NCBI GenBank assembly: GCA_026982555.1
Contig: JALSGT010000036.1
Coordinates: forward strand, 13,854 to 77,853
Origin: Chromatiales bacterium
GTDB lineage: Bacteria > Pseudomonadota > Gammaproteobacteria > SZUA-152
Length of the DNA stretch: 64,000 bases
Reading direction: 5' to 3'
The notes below the pieces were generated by a model, which saw only the letters and a program-made list of their open reading frames with translations, did not search any database and was not told where the DNA came from. Positions 18,034 to 28,300 of the stretch are shown here, in pieces. Position 1 is the stretch's first letter. Every line of letters starts with the position of its first letter. The translations under genes and the position numbers were made by a program.

Positions 18034-20295
18034 GTGGCGCGGATGTCCACAGCCAATATTTTTTTACGGGTCGCCATACCCTCCCCTTTGCGTCGCTGTT
18101 TTGATTATCTTCCACCGGCGGCTTGCGATTTGCACACACTACAGCCGGGCATACGCCTGCGAGTGCCGTTTGGGCGTACTACCGTGATCGCTATATTGTT
18201 GGCAATCAGCGATGAAACGGACGTACCCAAATCACGCCTTAAACGAGTGAATGAAGTGCTGGATGTAACGCCGCTGTTGTCACAGCCACTGCTGAAGCTG
18301 CTGATGTGGGCAAGCAGTTATTATCAGCACCCTATAGGCGAAGTAATGAGCAATGCTCTGCCAGCTCTGTTACGCCAGGGAGATACACCTGAAGTGAAAG
18401 GTGAACCGGTCTGGCAGTTAACAGATGATGGACACGCACTGGATTCGTCAGCACTGGAGAAAATCCGGCGTCGCGCCCCCCGGCAGGCCGCATTGCTGCA
18501 ATTATTAAGCAATGCGCCGGATACTGCCATGCCGGCATCGCACATTAATGCCGTACAAAATAACTGGCGGTCTGTGATGAGCAAACTAATCGACAAAGGC
18601 TGGGTAGACGTGACAGAACGTACCCATTTGTTGCCATTACCTGCCGGTGAATCGACAACAGCACCTCAATTAAATATTGCTCAAACTGAGGCCGTTGCAG
18701 CCATTACTGAAAAACTGGGGAGCTTTGGCGTGCATCTCGTAGACGGTGTTACCGGCAGCGGCAAGACCGAGGTGTATCTGGCACTCATTGAATCCGTGTT
18801 GCTACAAAACCAGCAGGTGTTAGTGCTGGTGCCGGAGATTGGTCTTACACCGCAACTGGTATCGCGTTTCCAGCAACGCTTCGCGGCGCCCATTGCGGTG
18901 CTGCATTCAGGGTTATCGAATCGTGAACGTCTTCGTACCTGGCTGATGGCCCGCAGCGGGGAAGCCGCTATCGTTATTGGTACCCGCTCAGCAGTGTTCA
19001 CACCGTTTGCCAGGCTGGGGTTGATGATTCTTGATGAAGAACATGATGCCTCGTTCAAACAGCAGGAAGGTTTTCGCTATTCTGCGCGCGACGTAGCGGT
19101 AAAGCGTGCCCATATTGAAAGCCTGCCTGTGGTGCTGGGGTCAGCTACGCCGTCACTGGAAACCTTGCACAATACCTATCAAGGGCGGTACTCCCGGTCA
19201 GTGCTGGCAGAACGGGCCGGTGTCGCACAACCTCCGCACATTGCTGTACTCGATGTACGTAAACAACCGATGTTCGACGGTCTGTCCACTGCGCTGATTA
19301 ATGCTTTGCGTCGGCACCTCGACAGCGGAGGACAGGTACTGGTGTTTCTTAATCGGCGAGGTTATGCGCCGGCCATGTTATGTCACGATTGTGGCTGGGT
19401 GGCCAAATGTCGGCGTTGTGATGCGAACATGACCTTGTTTAATGGTAATACACGCCTGCGCTGCCATCACTGTGGCAGTGAACGACGTGCTGATGCATGC
19501 TGCCCGGATTGCCAGAGCAATGAATTGCGGCCGGTGGGAGCAGGTACCGAACGGCTGGAGGCCGCACTTAAACAACAGTTTCCTGATACCGGCATCGTGC
19601 GCATCGACCGTGACACCACGCGCCGTAAAGGTGCCATGCAAAGCCTGTTAAACAGTGTGCATGACGGCAGTAAGCGCATTCTTGTGGGCACACAAATGCT
19701 TGCCAAAGGGCACCATTTCCCAGATGTTACCTTGGTGGGTATCGTGGACATTGACCAGGGACTGTTCAGTGCCGATTTTCGTGCCACTGAGCGCATGGCG
19801 CAGTTGCTGGTGCAAGTCGCCGGTCGTGCAGGGCGGGCGGAAAAACCCGGACAAGTGCTGATCCAGACTCACCACCCCGACCACCCATTGCTGCAAACAT
19901 TGTTACACGAAGGATACACAGCCTTTGCAAAAGCCGCGCTGGAAGAACGCCGACAAACACAGCTTGCACCCTACAGTTACATGGCTTTGCTGCGCGCCGA
20001 AGCGGTGGACAGTCAATTGCCGCTGCAATTTCTTAAGCATGCCCGCCAGCTTGCCGAACAACGTGGAGCAGCCTTTGGTGCGAATTTTGGTGAAAGCAGT
20101 GTGCAATTGCTTGGTCCCATACCTGCACCCATGGAACGCCGTGCCGGACGTATTCGTGCGCAACTCTTATTGCTAGCCTCTGAGCGTGCAGCGTTGCACC
20201 ATCTGCTGGAGCCTTGGCTGCAACAATTAGAGTTCGACAAACTGGGTCGCAAGGTGCGTTGGTCCATTGACGTGGATCCACAGGAAATGTTTTAG
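18034..20295 (+). CDS. priA: Primosomal protein N-prime (replication restart helicase PriA)
   Basis: 753 aa. Walker A GVTGSGKTEVY, DEEH box ILDEEHD, Cys-rich zinc-binding insertion CHDCGWVAKCRRCD...CHHCG...CPDCQ. GTG start at 18034; alternative ATG at 18043. Confidence 0.92.
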   Translation: MARMSTANIFLRVAIPSPLRRCFDYLPPAACDLHTLQPGIRLRVPFGRTTVIAILLAISDETDVPKSRLKRVNEVLDVTPLLSQPLLKLLMWASSYYQHPIGEVMSNALPALLRQGDTPEVKGEPVWQLTDDGHALDSSALEKIRRRAPRQAALLQLLSNAPDTAMPASHINAVQNNWRSVMSKLIDKGWVDVTERTHLLPLPAGESTTAPQLNIAQTEAVAAITEKLGSFGVHLVDGVTGSGKTEVYLALIESVLLQNQQVLVLVPEIGLTPQLVSRFQQRFAAPIAVLHSGLSNRERLRTWLMARSGEAAIVIGTRSAVFTPFARLGLMILDEEHDASFKQQEGFRYSARDVAVKRAHIESLPVVLGSATPSLETLHNTYQGRYSRSVLAERAGVAQPPHIAVLDVRKQPMFDGLSTALINALRRHLDSGGQVLVFLNRRGYAPAMLCHDCGWVAKCRRCDANMTLFNGNTRLRCHHCGSERRADACCPDCQSNELRPVGAGTERLEAALKQQFPDTGIVRIDRDTTRRKGAMQSLLNSVHDGSKRILVGTQMLAKGHHFPDVTLVGIVDIDQGLFSADFRATERMAQLLVQVAGRAGRAEKPGQVLIQTHHPDHPLLQTLLHEGYTAFAKAALEERRQTQLAPYSYMALLRAEAVDSQLPLQFLKHARQLAEQRGAAFGANFGESSVQLLGPIPAPMERRAGRIRAQLLLLASERAALHHLLEPWLQQLEFDKLGRKVRWSIDVDPQEMF

Positions 20296-20529
20296 ATGAA
20301 CGAAATTTTCGTTCTGGATGGTTTATACACAGACCCGTCATGGCGTTATTTGGCAACCCAGGAACAGAGTGCCGGAATATTTTACATGCCAGGCTGGAAA
20401 GCAATGAGCAAGGCGGTATGCCATTGTTTATGATGATAATTTTTTGTGGCGTAAAATGTGCTTCTGCTTCTTCGGCATCAATGCAGCAATGATATTTAAG
20501 ACAAATTATTTTTAGAGGTTAAAAATGTA

Positions 20530-21174
20530 ATGAAAAAATATCTGTACGGGTTTTCTGCGGCACTGGTTTTGGCGGGTGGCTTTATAACATCGGCACATGC
20601 AATTCCAGTTACCATCAACATGACAGCAGACAATATCGCCAGCGTTGGCGGTTTGTGTGCTGATGCCAGCTGTCAAAGCAATACCGGCTGGAATGCACTA
20701 AACGGCGGCCCCCTGGGAAGCGACAGGCGGAATTGGAGGCAGCCCAATTCATTGACTATCGACCTTGGTCCTGGCACCTATTATTTTGCATGGCGAGTAC
20801 GAAATGTCGGTAGTAGATCACCCTATAATCCCGCAGGCTTGCTGGCTGAAATTCTTTGGGATGGAAACGCGAATTACTCTTCATCCGGCTGGGAAGTATT
20901 TGACCGAAATACCGGCACTTTTCTGGCTAATGCCACGGACTACGGACTCAATGGCGGCGCTAACATCTGGACTAATGTTAACGGTGGCCCGGTTTCCGGG
21001 ATCAGCACAAATGCCAGCTGGATTTATACGGCGAATAATTTTGCCAATGCTGACCGGACTGCATGGTTTCGCACCAGCATTACCATTACTTCCGTATCTG
21101 AGCCCGCTGTCCTGGGGCTATTTGGTATAGGTCTGATTGGGTTGGCCATGGCGGGTCGCAAACGCACTGTTTAG
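20530..21174 (+). CDS. PEP-CTERM sorting-domain secreted protein
   Basis: 214 aa. Signal peptide, G/N-rich body, C-terminal VSEPAVLGLFGIGLIGLAMAGRKRTV (PEP motif, TM helix, basic tail). Confidence 0.8.
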   Translation: MKKYLYGFSAALVLAGGFITSAHAIPVTINMTADNIASVGGLCADASCQSNTGWNALNGGPLGSDRRNWRQPNSLTIDLGPGTYYFAWRVRNVGSRSPYNPAGLLAEILWDGNANYSSSGWEVFDRNTGTFLANATDYGLNGGANIWTNVNGGPVSGISTNASWIYTANNFANADRTAWFRTSITITSVSEPAVLGLFGIGLIGLAMAGRKRTV

Positions 21175-21193
21175 CGTTTATCTGACAACCGAC

Positions 21194-21222
21194 AAAAATC
21201 CGCCCGAATGGGCGGTTTTTTG
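21194..21222 (+). terminator. Rho-independent terminator after PEP-CTERM gene
   Basis: Stem CCGCCC, loop gaat, stem GGGCGG, followed by TTTTTT. Confidence 0.7.
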
Positions 21223-21327
21223 TGAGTTGCTATTTGTTCCACCCTGCCATTTTGCGCTGCACTGAAGAGAGCGGAACAAAAAACCGGTAATATCCCAGCT
21301 TCACTCCCTTCCCTCATGTTCTCTCCA

Positions 21328-21462
21328 AGGCGCAAAAGGCAGCGTGCTATACAGGTTGTAGCGACTCATTTAACAAGTGAGTACGCCAAAACCACCCAAC
21401 AAGCTATTTGCCAAAATGTGAATATATTCTCGAAGCGGTCAACTGCAGAATTTAGGGTTAAG
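21328..21462. repeat. MITE-like intergenic repeat, copy 1 (5'-truncated)
   Basis: Shares about 130 bp with 41711-41917 and 54995-55138, including ...gtgctatacaggttgtagcgactca...cctcgaagcggtcaactgc.gaat..agggttaa. Confidence 0.7.
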
Positions 21463-21493
21463 CTTTACAAGACAGAGAAAAAATCAGGTTACG

Positions 21494-21533
21494 ACGCAAA
21501 AACGCCACTCATGTTGAGTGGCGTTTTTGCGTC
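21494..21533. terminator. Bidirectional hairpin terminator downstream of minus-strand PEP-CTERM gene
   Basis: acgcaaaaacgccactc atgtt gagtggcgtttttgcgt: 12 bp stem with T/A runs on both sides. Confidence 0.6.
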
Positions 21534-21560
21534 AATCAAATTCGGACAAAGCCGATGGTT

Positions 21561-22256
21561 TTATGCGTTATTTTTACGGCGGAAAACACTAAAGCCAAGC
21601 AATCCCAGTGCCAGCAGCGCGACAGATGAAGGTTCCGGTACGCTGGTGGTTGTGCATTGATCCTGGTTGATCGAGAAGTTACCCACTCCCCAATACTCTG
21701 GATCAATCGTAACGGATGTAATAGCAGAACAGCTACCATTACTATTGTTGGCGTAAATACCAAAACCGGGTGTGTTGTCACGGTTAACATTGAACCAATA
21801 CTGATTGTCGATCCCCAGTCCGCTGGACTCTGTTGCAGTAAGCCATGCGTTGTTGTTTGTGCTTCCCAGGTTGGCACCAACGCTAAAAGAAAAAGCGCGG
21901 GTATTTTCTGGAAGTAAAATCGTTATCAGATAATTACTCGTTGTGTAGATATCATAGTCGCTGGTTTCACCATTGTTCCACCAGCTTACATCATCAGCCA
22001 AACGACGACTCATGCCCAAAGGGTTGTTGTTTTGGTCAAGAAAATTCAGAGAGCCACTGATGGGAGACATAACATTTGTTGTGCTGCCGCCCATGCCATT
22101 GGTGACAGCAAAATCAGTCATCGCGTAACCGCCAATTGTGGTGGGTGTCGCTGTGCCAGATGCATATGAATCAAGAATCAACGAGGCAGATGCCTGTGAA
22201 GACAGGCCAAGTGATGTTATTGCAAAAAGTGTGACGGCGGTTAAATGTTTAAGCAT
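21561..22256 (-). CDS. PEP-CTERM sorting-domain secreted protein
   Basis: Likely starts at MLKHLTAVTLFAITSLGLSSQASA (signal peptide) at 22256; the ORF track extends to 22406. C-terminus VPEPSSVALLALGLLGFSVFRRKNNA. Confidence 0.75.
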   Translation of the reverse strand: MLKHLTAVTLFAITSLGLSSQASASLILDSYASGTATPTTIGGYAMTDFAVTNGMGGSTTNVMSPISGSLNFLDQNNNPLGMSRRLADDVSWWNNGETSDYDIYTTSNYLITILLPENTRAFSFSVGANLGSTNNNAWLTATESSGLGIDNQYWFNVNRDNTPGFGIYANNSNGSCSAITSVTIDPEYWGVGNFSINQDQCTTTSVPEPSSVALLALGLLGFSVFRRKNNA

Positions 22257-22793
22257 GATACTTCTTACCTCGATAATGAAACTATAAGTTTTCCTTCTGT
22301 TTGAGCAATAAGCATACACTATGCCAAATAAGTTATTTGTATTGTTTACAGTAAGATAGCTGCTTATAGCATTGCCGGAAACGATAATCGTAAAGAATTT
22401 CGACACACGAAATCTGCCCGATTTTAACGTCTTTATGATACTGCTGGTTTAATGGTTGATCAGGGATGGCTGATTGTGCGTGAGCTTATCGACAACGGGT
22501 ATGCTTAATCCAGCGGTTTTCCACCCATAAACACCAGCGGTTTACCCGGTGGAATAGATGCTCAGGTTTTATTCATGCGGTCATCAGGACAAGTGATATT
22601 GTTGAAATCGATACTGATGCCGTCATGCACCAAATGCGCTTTTGCAAAAGGCGCTTTATGCACTGATGGACCACAGATCAGTGGCGCAACAGGTAAACAA
22701 CAATTCTCCGTTACTCATTCTGCGTTGTCGATTTGGTATTTCTCCCTTGTGCCGAGCAAGCCTCACGAGCGATAATGCCGCGTTTTCCCCGCC

Positions 22794-24578
22794 ATGACTG
22801 TCAACATGAAACAACAGCTTGCCTCTCTGATTCAAACCGCTATCGACACACTGAAATCTCAAGACGTGTTGCCTGCGGATCTGTCCCCGGATATCCAGAT
22901 TGATCGCACCCGCGATGCCAGTCACGGTGACTACGCCTGCAATATTGCGTTGATGTTGGCTAAACCGGCGCATTGCAAGCCCCGTGACCTGGCAGAAAAA
23001 ATTGTTGCTGCATTGCCAGCGGCGGATCAGGTAGCAAAAATCGAAATCGCCGGGCCGGGTTTTATTAATTTTACACTCACTGATGCGGCAGCTTATGCGG
23101 TAGTGGAGGCGGTGCTGGAAGCGGGCGAGGCCTACGGGCGTTCCGCTATTGGTGACGACAAATCCGTGCAGGTGGAATTTGTCTCTGCTAACCCCACTGG
23201 CCCGTTGCATGTAGGCCACGGTCGTGGCGCAGCTTATGGTGCGGCAGTGGCAGATTTGCTGGCGGCGGTGGGTTTTAAGGTGCATCGCGAATATTACGTC
23301 AACGATGCCGGGCGGCAAATGGATATTCTTGCTGCCAGCGTATGGCTGCGTTATCTCAATCTGTGTGGTGAAAATACCAATGATGAATTGCCGTTTCCCG
23401 TTAACGGCTACAAAGGCGATTATGTATGGGATATCGCGGCCATGTTACGGCGTGAACACGGTGATGCTTTTCGGCATGCTGCACAAATTGTGTTGACGAA
23501 TCTGCCCGCTGACGAGGGTGACGGCGGCGACAAAGAGCAGTATATCGATGCTGTGATCAATCGTGCTAAAGAGTTGTTGGGTGATACAGCCTTTCGCACG
23601 GTGTTTGATGCCGGGCTCAACAGTATTCTTGACGACATTCGCCGTGACCTTGAAGATTTCGGTGTGGTTTACGAAGAATGGTTTTCCGAACGTTCGCTTA
23701 CGGAGTCGGGTGCGGTAGGCCGTGCCATTGAACGCCTCAAAGATGCCGGTCATCTGTACGAGAAAGACGGCGCATGGTGGTTTCGTTCTACTGACTTTGG
23801 GGACGAAAAAGACCGCGTAGTGGTGCGTGACAACGGCCAAACCACCTATTTCGCGTCAGACATTGCGTATCATATGCAAAAGCTGGAGCGTGGTTTTGAC
23901 CGTGTCATCGACGTGTGGGGGGCAGATCATCACGGTTATGTGCCGCGTGTTAAAGCTGCGCTCACTGCGTTGGGCGATGATGCCGGTAAGCTCGACGTGC
24001 TGCTGGTGCAGTTTGCCATTTTATATCGTGGTGGCGAGAAGGCACAGATGTCTACCCGCTCCGGTGAGTTTGTTACCTTACGTGAGTTGCGCGAAGAAGT
24101 GGGCGACGATGCGGCACGGTTTTTCTACGTGATGCGCAAGTGCGAACAGCACATGGATTTTGATCTCGATCTCGCCAAGTCTCAGAGCAGTGACAACCCG
24201 GTGTATTACATTCAATATGCCCACGCACGAGTTTGTAGCGTATTCCGCCAGCTGGCTGAAAAAAATCTGACTCATAATAGTGATAATGGTCTTTCCAGTT
24301 TGGCGGTATTAAGCGAAACACATGAACAAGCCTTGCTGACGCGGCTTTCACGCTACCCGGAAGTGGTGGAGACTGCGGCGCTGAATCATGAGCCGCATCA
24401 GTTAGCGCATTTCCTGCGCGAGCTGGCCAATGATTTCCACACGTATTACAACGCCCACCAGTTTTTGGTAGATGATGCCGCCGTACGTGATGCTCGTCTG
24501 TGTTTGATTAAGGCGACACGGCAGGTGCTTGCTAACGGTTTGGCGCTGTTGGCCGTGTCGGCACCGGAAACCATGTAA
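22794..24578 (+). CDS. argS: Arginine--tRNA ligase
   Basis: 594 aa, class I aaRS. HIGH-type motif [11 protein letters not shown]; C-terminal anticodon-binding domain. Confidence 0.93.
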   Translation: MTVNMKQQLASLIQTAIDTLKSQDVLPADLSPDIQIDRTRDASHGDYACNIALMLAKPAHCKPRDLAEKIVAALPAADQVAKIEIAGPGFINFTLTDAAAYAVVEAVLEAGEAYGRSAIGDDKSVQVEFVSANPTGPLHVGHGRGAAYGAAVADLLAAVGFKVHREYYVNDAGRQMDILAASVWLRYLNLCGENTNDELPFPVNGYKGDYVWDIAAMLRREHGDAFRHAAQIVLTNLPADEGDGGDKEQYIDAVINRAKELLGDTAFRTVFDAGLNSILDDIRRDLEDFGVVYEEWFSERSLTESGAVGRAIERLKDAGHLYEKDGAWWFRSTDFGDEKDRVVVRDNGQTTYFASDIAYHMQKLERGFDRVIDVWGADHHGYVPRVKAALTALGDDAGKLDVLLVQFAILYRGGEKAQMSTRSGEFVTLRELREEVGDDAARFFYVMRKCEQHMDFDLDLAKSQSSDNPVYYIQYAHARVCSVFRQLAEKNLTHNSDNGLSSLAVLSETHEQALLTRLSRYPEVVETAALNHEPHQLAHFLRELANDFHTYYNAHQFLVDDAAVRDARLCLIKATRQVLANGLALLAVSAPETM

Positions 24579-24593
24579 AGCACTGTCCCGGTT

Positions 24594-25172
24594 ATGGCCA
24601 AAGATTACAAAAATACTTCCAGGCCCAGATCCAAAGCCAAGCCTCCCAAGCCAACGCCCGGTTGGGTGTGGATGCTCGGTGGTTTGTTGATTGGCTTGTT
24701 GGTCGCGCTGCTGGTGTATCTCAGAGATGATTTACAAACGGGCAGTGAGCGTACAACACCAATACCTGTGGAGGAAAAAAGTCAGCCTGCCCCCAAACAA
24801 GCAACAATTAATGACGAACCGAGGGAACAAACAGACAAAAAACCGCGTTTTGACTTTTATAATTTGTTGCCGGAAATGGAGGTATTTATTCCGCCACAAG
24901 AATTAGCGACGGAACGCGAACGCAAAACTGTGGATTCCATTGCTTATTATTTGCAAGTGGGCTCTTTCCGCCGCATGGAAGATGCTGACCGCATGCGGGC
25001 CCAGCTGGCATTAAATAACATTGAGTCTCATATTCAGCGCGTCACCATTAATGACAGCCAGACCTGGTATAGGGTGCGAGTTGGCCCCTTCCAGAGTGCG
25101 CGCAAAATGGACATAGTACGTAACCGCCTGCGGGCACAATCCATGGATCCGATTGTGCTCAAGGTTAAATAA
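24594..25172 (+). CDS. FtsN-like SPOR-domain cell-division protein
   Basis: 192 aa. Basic N-terminus, one TM helix (WVWMLGGLLIGLLVALLVY), C-terminal SPOR domain YYLQVGSFRRMEDADRMRAQLAL...WYRVRVGPFQSARKMDIVRNRL. Conserved position after argS. Confidence 0.75.
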   Translation: MAKDYKNTSRPRSKAKPPKPTPGWVWMLGGLLIGLLVALLVYLRDDLQTGSERTTPIPVEEKSQPAPKQATINDEPREQTDKKPRFDFYNLLPEMEVFIPPQELATERERKTVDSIAYYLQVGSFRRMEDADRMRAQLALNNIESHIQRVTINDSQTWYRVRVGPFQSARKMDIVRNRLRAQSMDPIVLKVK

Positions 25173-25379
25173 GTCCTTTTTATGTGCTTTCACAGTTGAC
25201 CCTCAGGGTCAGCTTCTGACACTCTGTGACACTCGTCACGGTACGGTGAGTTGGCCAGTTTTACACGGTAAATCCGAGGTTTTTGCTGTAAACCTTTCGC
25301 TTTCTCTGCCGTTATACTTTGCAGGGAAAGTCGCTGACTTTGCTGCCTTTTTAGCCTGCCAGAACCGATGATTAAATAA

Positions 25380-28300
25380 ATGAGCGCTGCCAAACAACTG
25401 CTGGATCACAAGTTGCTGAGATCGTTGTCGCCGCTGTGTGACCTGTCCCCTGATATGCTGGCTGAACTCAGTGGTAAATCACGAGTGACCCAGGTGGTGG
25501 CTGGTGCAACAATTTTCAAACAGGGTGAGCGGGATCACCGTACCCTGTATCTTGTGGCTGGCAAACTGGAGCTGACTGATGCTTCAGGAAAAACGACGAA
25601 ATTAGTTGCCAACAGCAAGCAGGCACGCCAACCGCTGGACCCCGTATCCCCACACACCGTTACCGCTGTTGCGAAGACACCGGTTTCCCTGCTGAACATC
25701 GATACTGACCTGCTTGAAATGTTGCTCAACTGGGGCGGAAAACAACAATCCTATGAAGTATCCAGCCTGGCAGTGGAGGAAGAAGATGATACCGACTGGC
25801 TGAGTCGTTTCCTGCAATCCAAGGTCTTCCTCAAGCTGCGCGCCGAAAACATCCAGACCATGATTATGCGTATGGAGGAAATCAAGGTGCGCGCAAATAC
25901 CGTCGTGATCAATCAGGATGACGATGACGACAACTATTACATTATTGCGAAAGGAAAGGCGAAAGTTGCCCGCCGGGTGGCTCCGGGTGCGCCGCTGATG
26001 AAACTGGCGATTTTGACGCCAGGCACAGGTTTTGGTGAAGAGGCGCTGATCAGCAACGGCAAGCGTAATGCCTCGGTGACCATGATGGAAGACGGTACGC
26101 TGATGCGGCTGTCAAAAGAGGATTTCATCAGTCTGCTGGTCGCCCCTATTCTGCAATATGTGTCGTTTGATGAAGCCAAAGCCATGACAGGCCCGGATGT
26201 GCAATGGCTGGATGTGCGCAAACTGGCTGAATACTCCCGGGGCAGTCTGCCAGGCGCACGCAATATCCAGTTAGCTGAAATGCGTTTGCAACTGCGCAAG
26301 CTTAACAAATTACATAAATACATTGTTTTCAGTGACGGCGGCAGTCGTGCGGCGGCAGCTGTATTTTTGTTGAACCAGTATGGCCTGGATGCTTTTGTAT
26401 TGCGTGATGGCCTGAATGCTGTTTCGGCATCTGCGCTGGAAAAAAATGTGAGCAAATCACCTGCACAAGCCAGCATACCGGCAAAGTCGCAAGACGTACC
26501 GACTCTGAAGCCAGAAGATAACGTTGTCAGTCTGCATGGCGAAGCTGCAACCAGCGTGGAAAGCGACGGTCGCGTGGAAGCGCTGATGAGTAAGGCCAAG
26601 CAGCGCGTGCAACAGGAAATGCAGCGCACTCAGGCGGCAGACAACGCCCGCAAACAAGCATTATCCGAAGTGGCGAGGCTCAAAGAAGAGGCGGCAGCGG
26701 CACGAAAAAAAGCCGAAGACGAAGCGCGACGTGCAGCAGATCACGCACGCAGTGAGGCGGAACGAGCAGCGGCACAAAAACGGGCTGATGATCTGGCCGC
26801 TGAACAGGCAGAGCGCGAAGCTGCCGTGCAGCGGGCAGAAGCAGAAACCGCGCGGGCCGAACAGGCTATGCAGGCGCAGAAAAAAGCTGAGGAGGAGATT
26901 GAGCGTCTCAAGCAGGATGCTGCCAAAGCACGTCGCGATATGGAAGCTCAGGCACGTCAATCAGCGGATACTGCGAAAAAAGAGGCAGAAGACGAAATTA
27001 TTCGTCTCAAGGCCGAAGCTGAAATGGCGCGTCGGCGCGTTGAAGAACAAGCCAGACTGGCTGCAGATGCAGCTCGCTCCGAAACAGAACGCAAAATGGC
27101 TCAGCAGCGTGCTGAAGAAGTCAGTCGTCATCAACAAGAGGCTGAAAGCGCGTTGCAAAAAGCCGAAATTGAAGCCATGCGTGCGCAACAGGCTGAAGCC
27201 GCACGGCAACAGGCTGAAGATGAAGCCGAGCGCATGCGCACCCGTGCCGAAGAAACCCAGCGCGAAATGGAAGAACAAGCCCGTTTAGCCGCAGACCAGG
27301 CACGTTCCGAAGCTGAACGTGATGCAGCCCGGCAACGCGCGGAAGATCTGGCTGAACAACAGGAAGAACTGGAGGATGCTGTAAGAAAGGCTGAATCGGA
27401 AGCCGCGCGTGCGCAGGCAGCAGAAAGCGAGGTGGAGCGCCTGACAAAACTGGCAGATGAAGCACGACTTCAGGCTGAGGCACAGGCACGCATGGCAGCA
27501 GATCAAGCGCGCAGTGAGGCAGAGCGCGAAATGGCTGCACAACGTGCGCAGGAAATGGGACGCTTGCAGGCTGAGCGGGAAGAAATGGCAAGAAGGGCGG
27601 AAGATGAGGCATGCCGAACCCGGGCTGCTGAAGAAGCCCGCTTACAGGCTGAAGCCGAAATTCAGCGGTTGAAGGTAGATGCTGAAGTGGCGCGCATGCA
27701 GTTGGAGGAACAGGCGCAACGGGTTGCTGATGCGGCGCGCTCTGATGCAGAACGCGAAACCATGCGTGCGCAGGCCGCTGAAGAAGCCCGTTTACAGGCG
27801 GTGCATGAACTGGAGCGCCTGGAAGCTGAAACAGAGCAAACACGTCTGGCCGCTGAGGCGCAGGCACGCCTGGCCGCTGATGCTGCACGTAGCGAAGCAG
27901 AGCGCGCAGCGGCGAGCCTGCGAGCTGAAGAGCTGGCTCAGCAACAGGCTCAGCTGGAAGAAATTGCCCGTCGTGCTGAGGAGGAAGCAGCCCGTGCCGA
28001 AGAGGCTGATGCCGCACGGCAACGGGCCGAAAATGAAATCATCCGTCGTCAGGCCGAGGCAGAAGAAGCCGAACGGCGTGCAACTGAAGAATCGAATCGT
28101 GCCCGCGAGGCTGAAACAGCCCGCCAGCAAATGGAAAAAGAAATGGCGCAGTTGCGCGCCGAGGCGGCGGCAGCACGCGAGCAAGTGGAAAAACAGGCAC
28201 GATTGTTTGCGGCGGCACAAAAGATTGAGGCAGAAGAGGCGCAGAAAAACAACCTGGCAGCCATGGATGCCGAGCGTAAAAAACGTGAAGCTGCCGCAGC

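Noticed and set aside
21316-21660. 114-aa ORF (and the 72-aa ORF at 41657-41875) sharing the peptide KRQRAIQVVAT
   Set aside because: The shared peptide is simply the translation of the MITE-like repeat (21328-21462 / 41711-41917). The ORFs run through a terminator and have no coding signal outside the repeat.
22632-22660. gcgcttttgcaaaaggcgc near-palindrome upstream of argS
   Set aside because: Isolated imperfect hairpin without a T-run or recognisable operator context. It lies inside the promoter region of the minus-strand PEP-CTERM gene; function cannot be argued.
22656-23318. 220-aa minus-strand ORF
   Set aside because: Antisense to the argS 5' region; argS is unambiguous.
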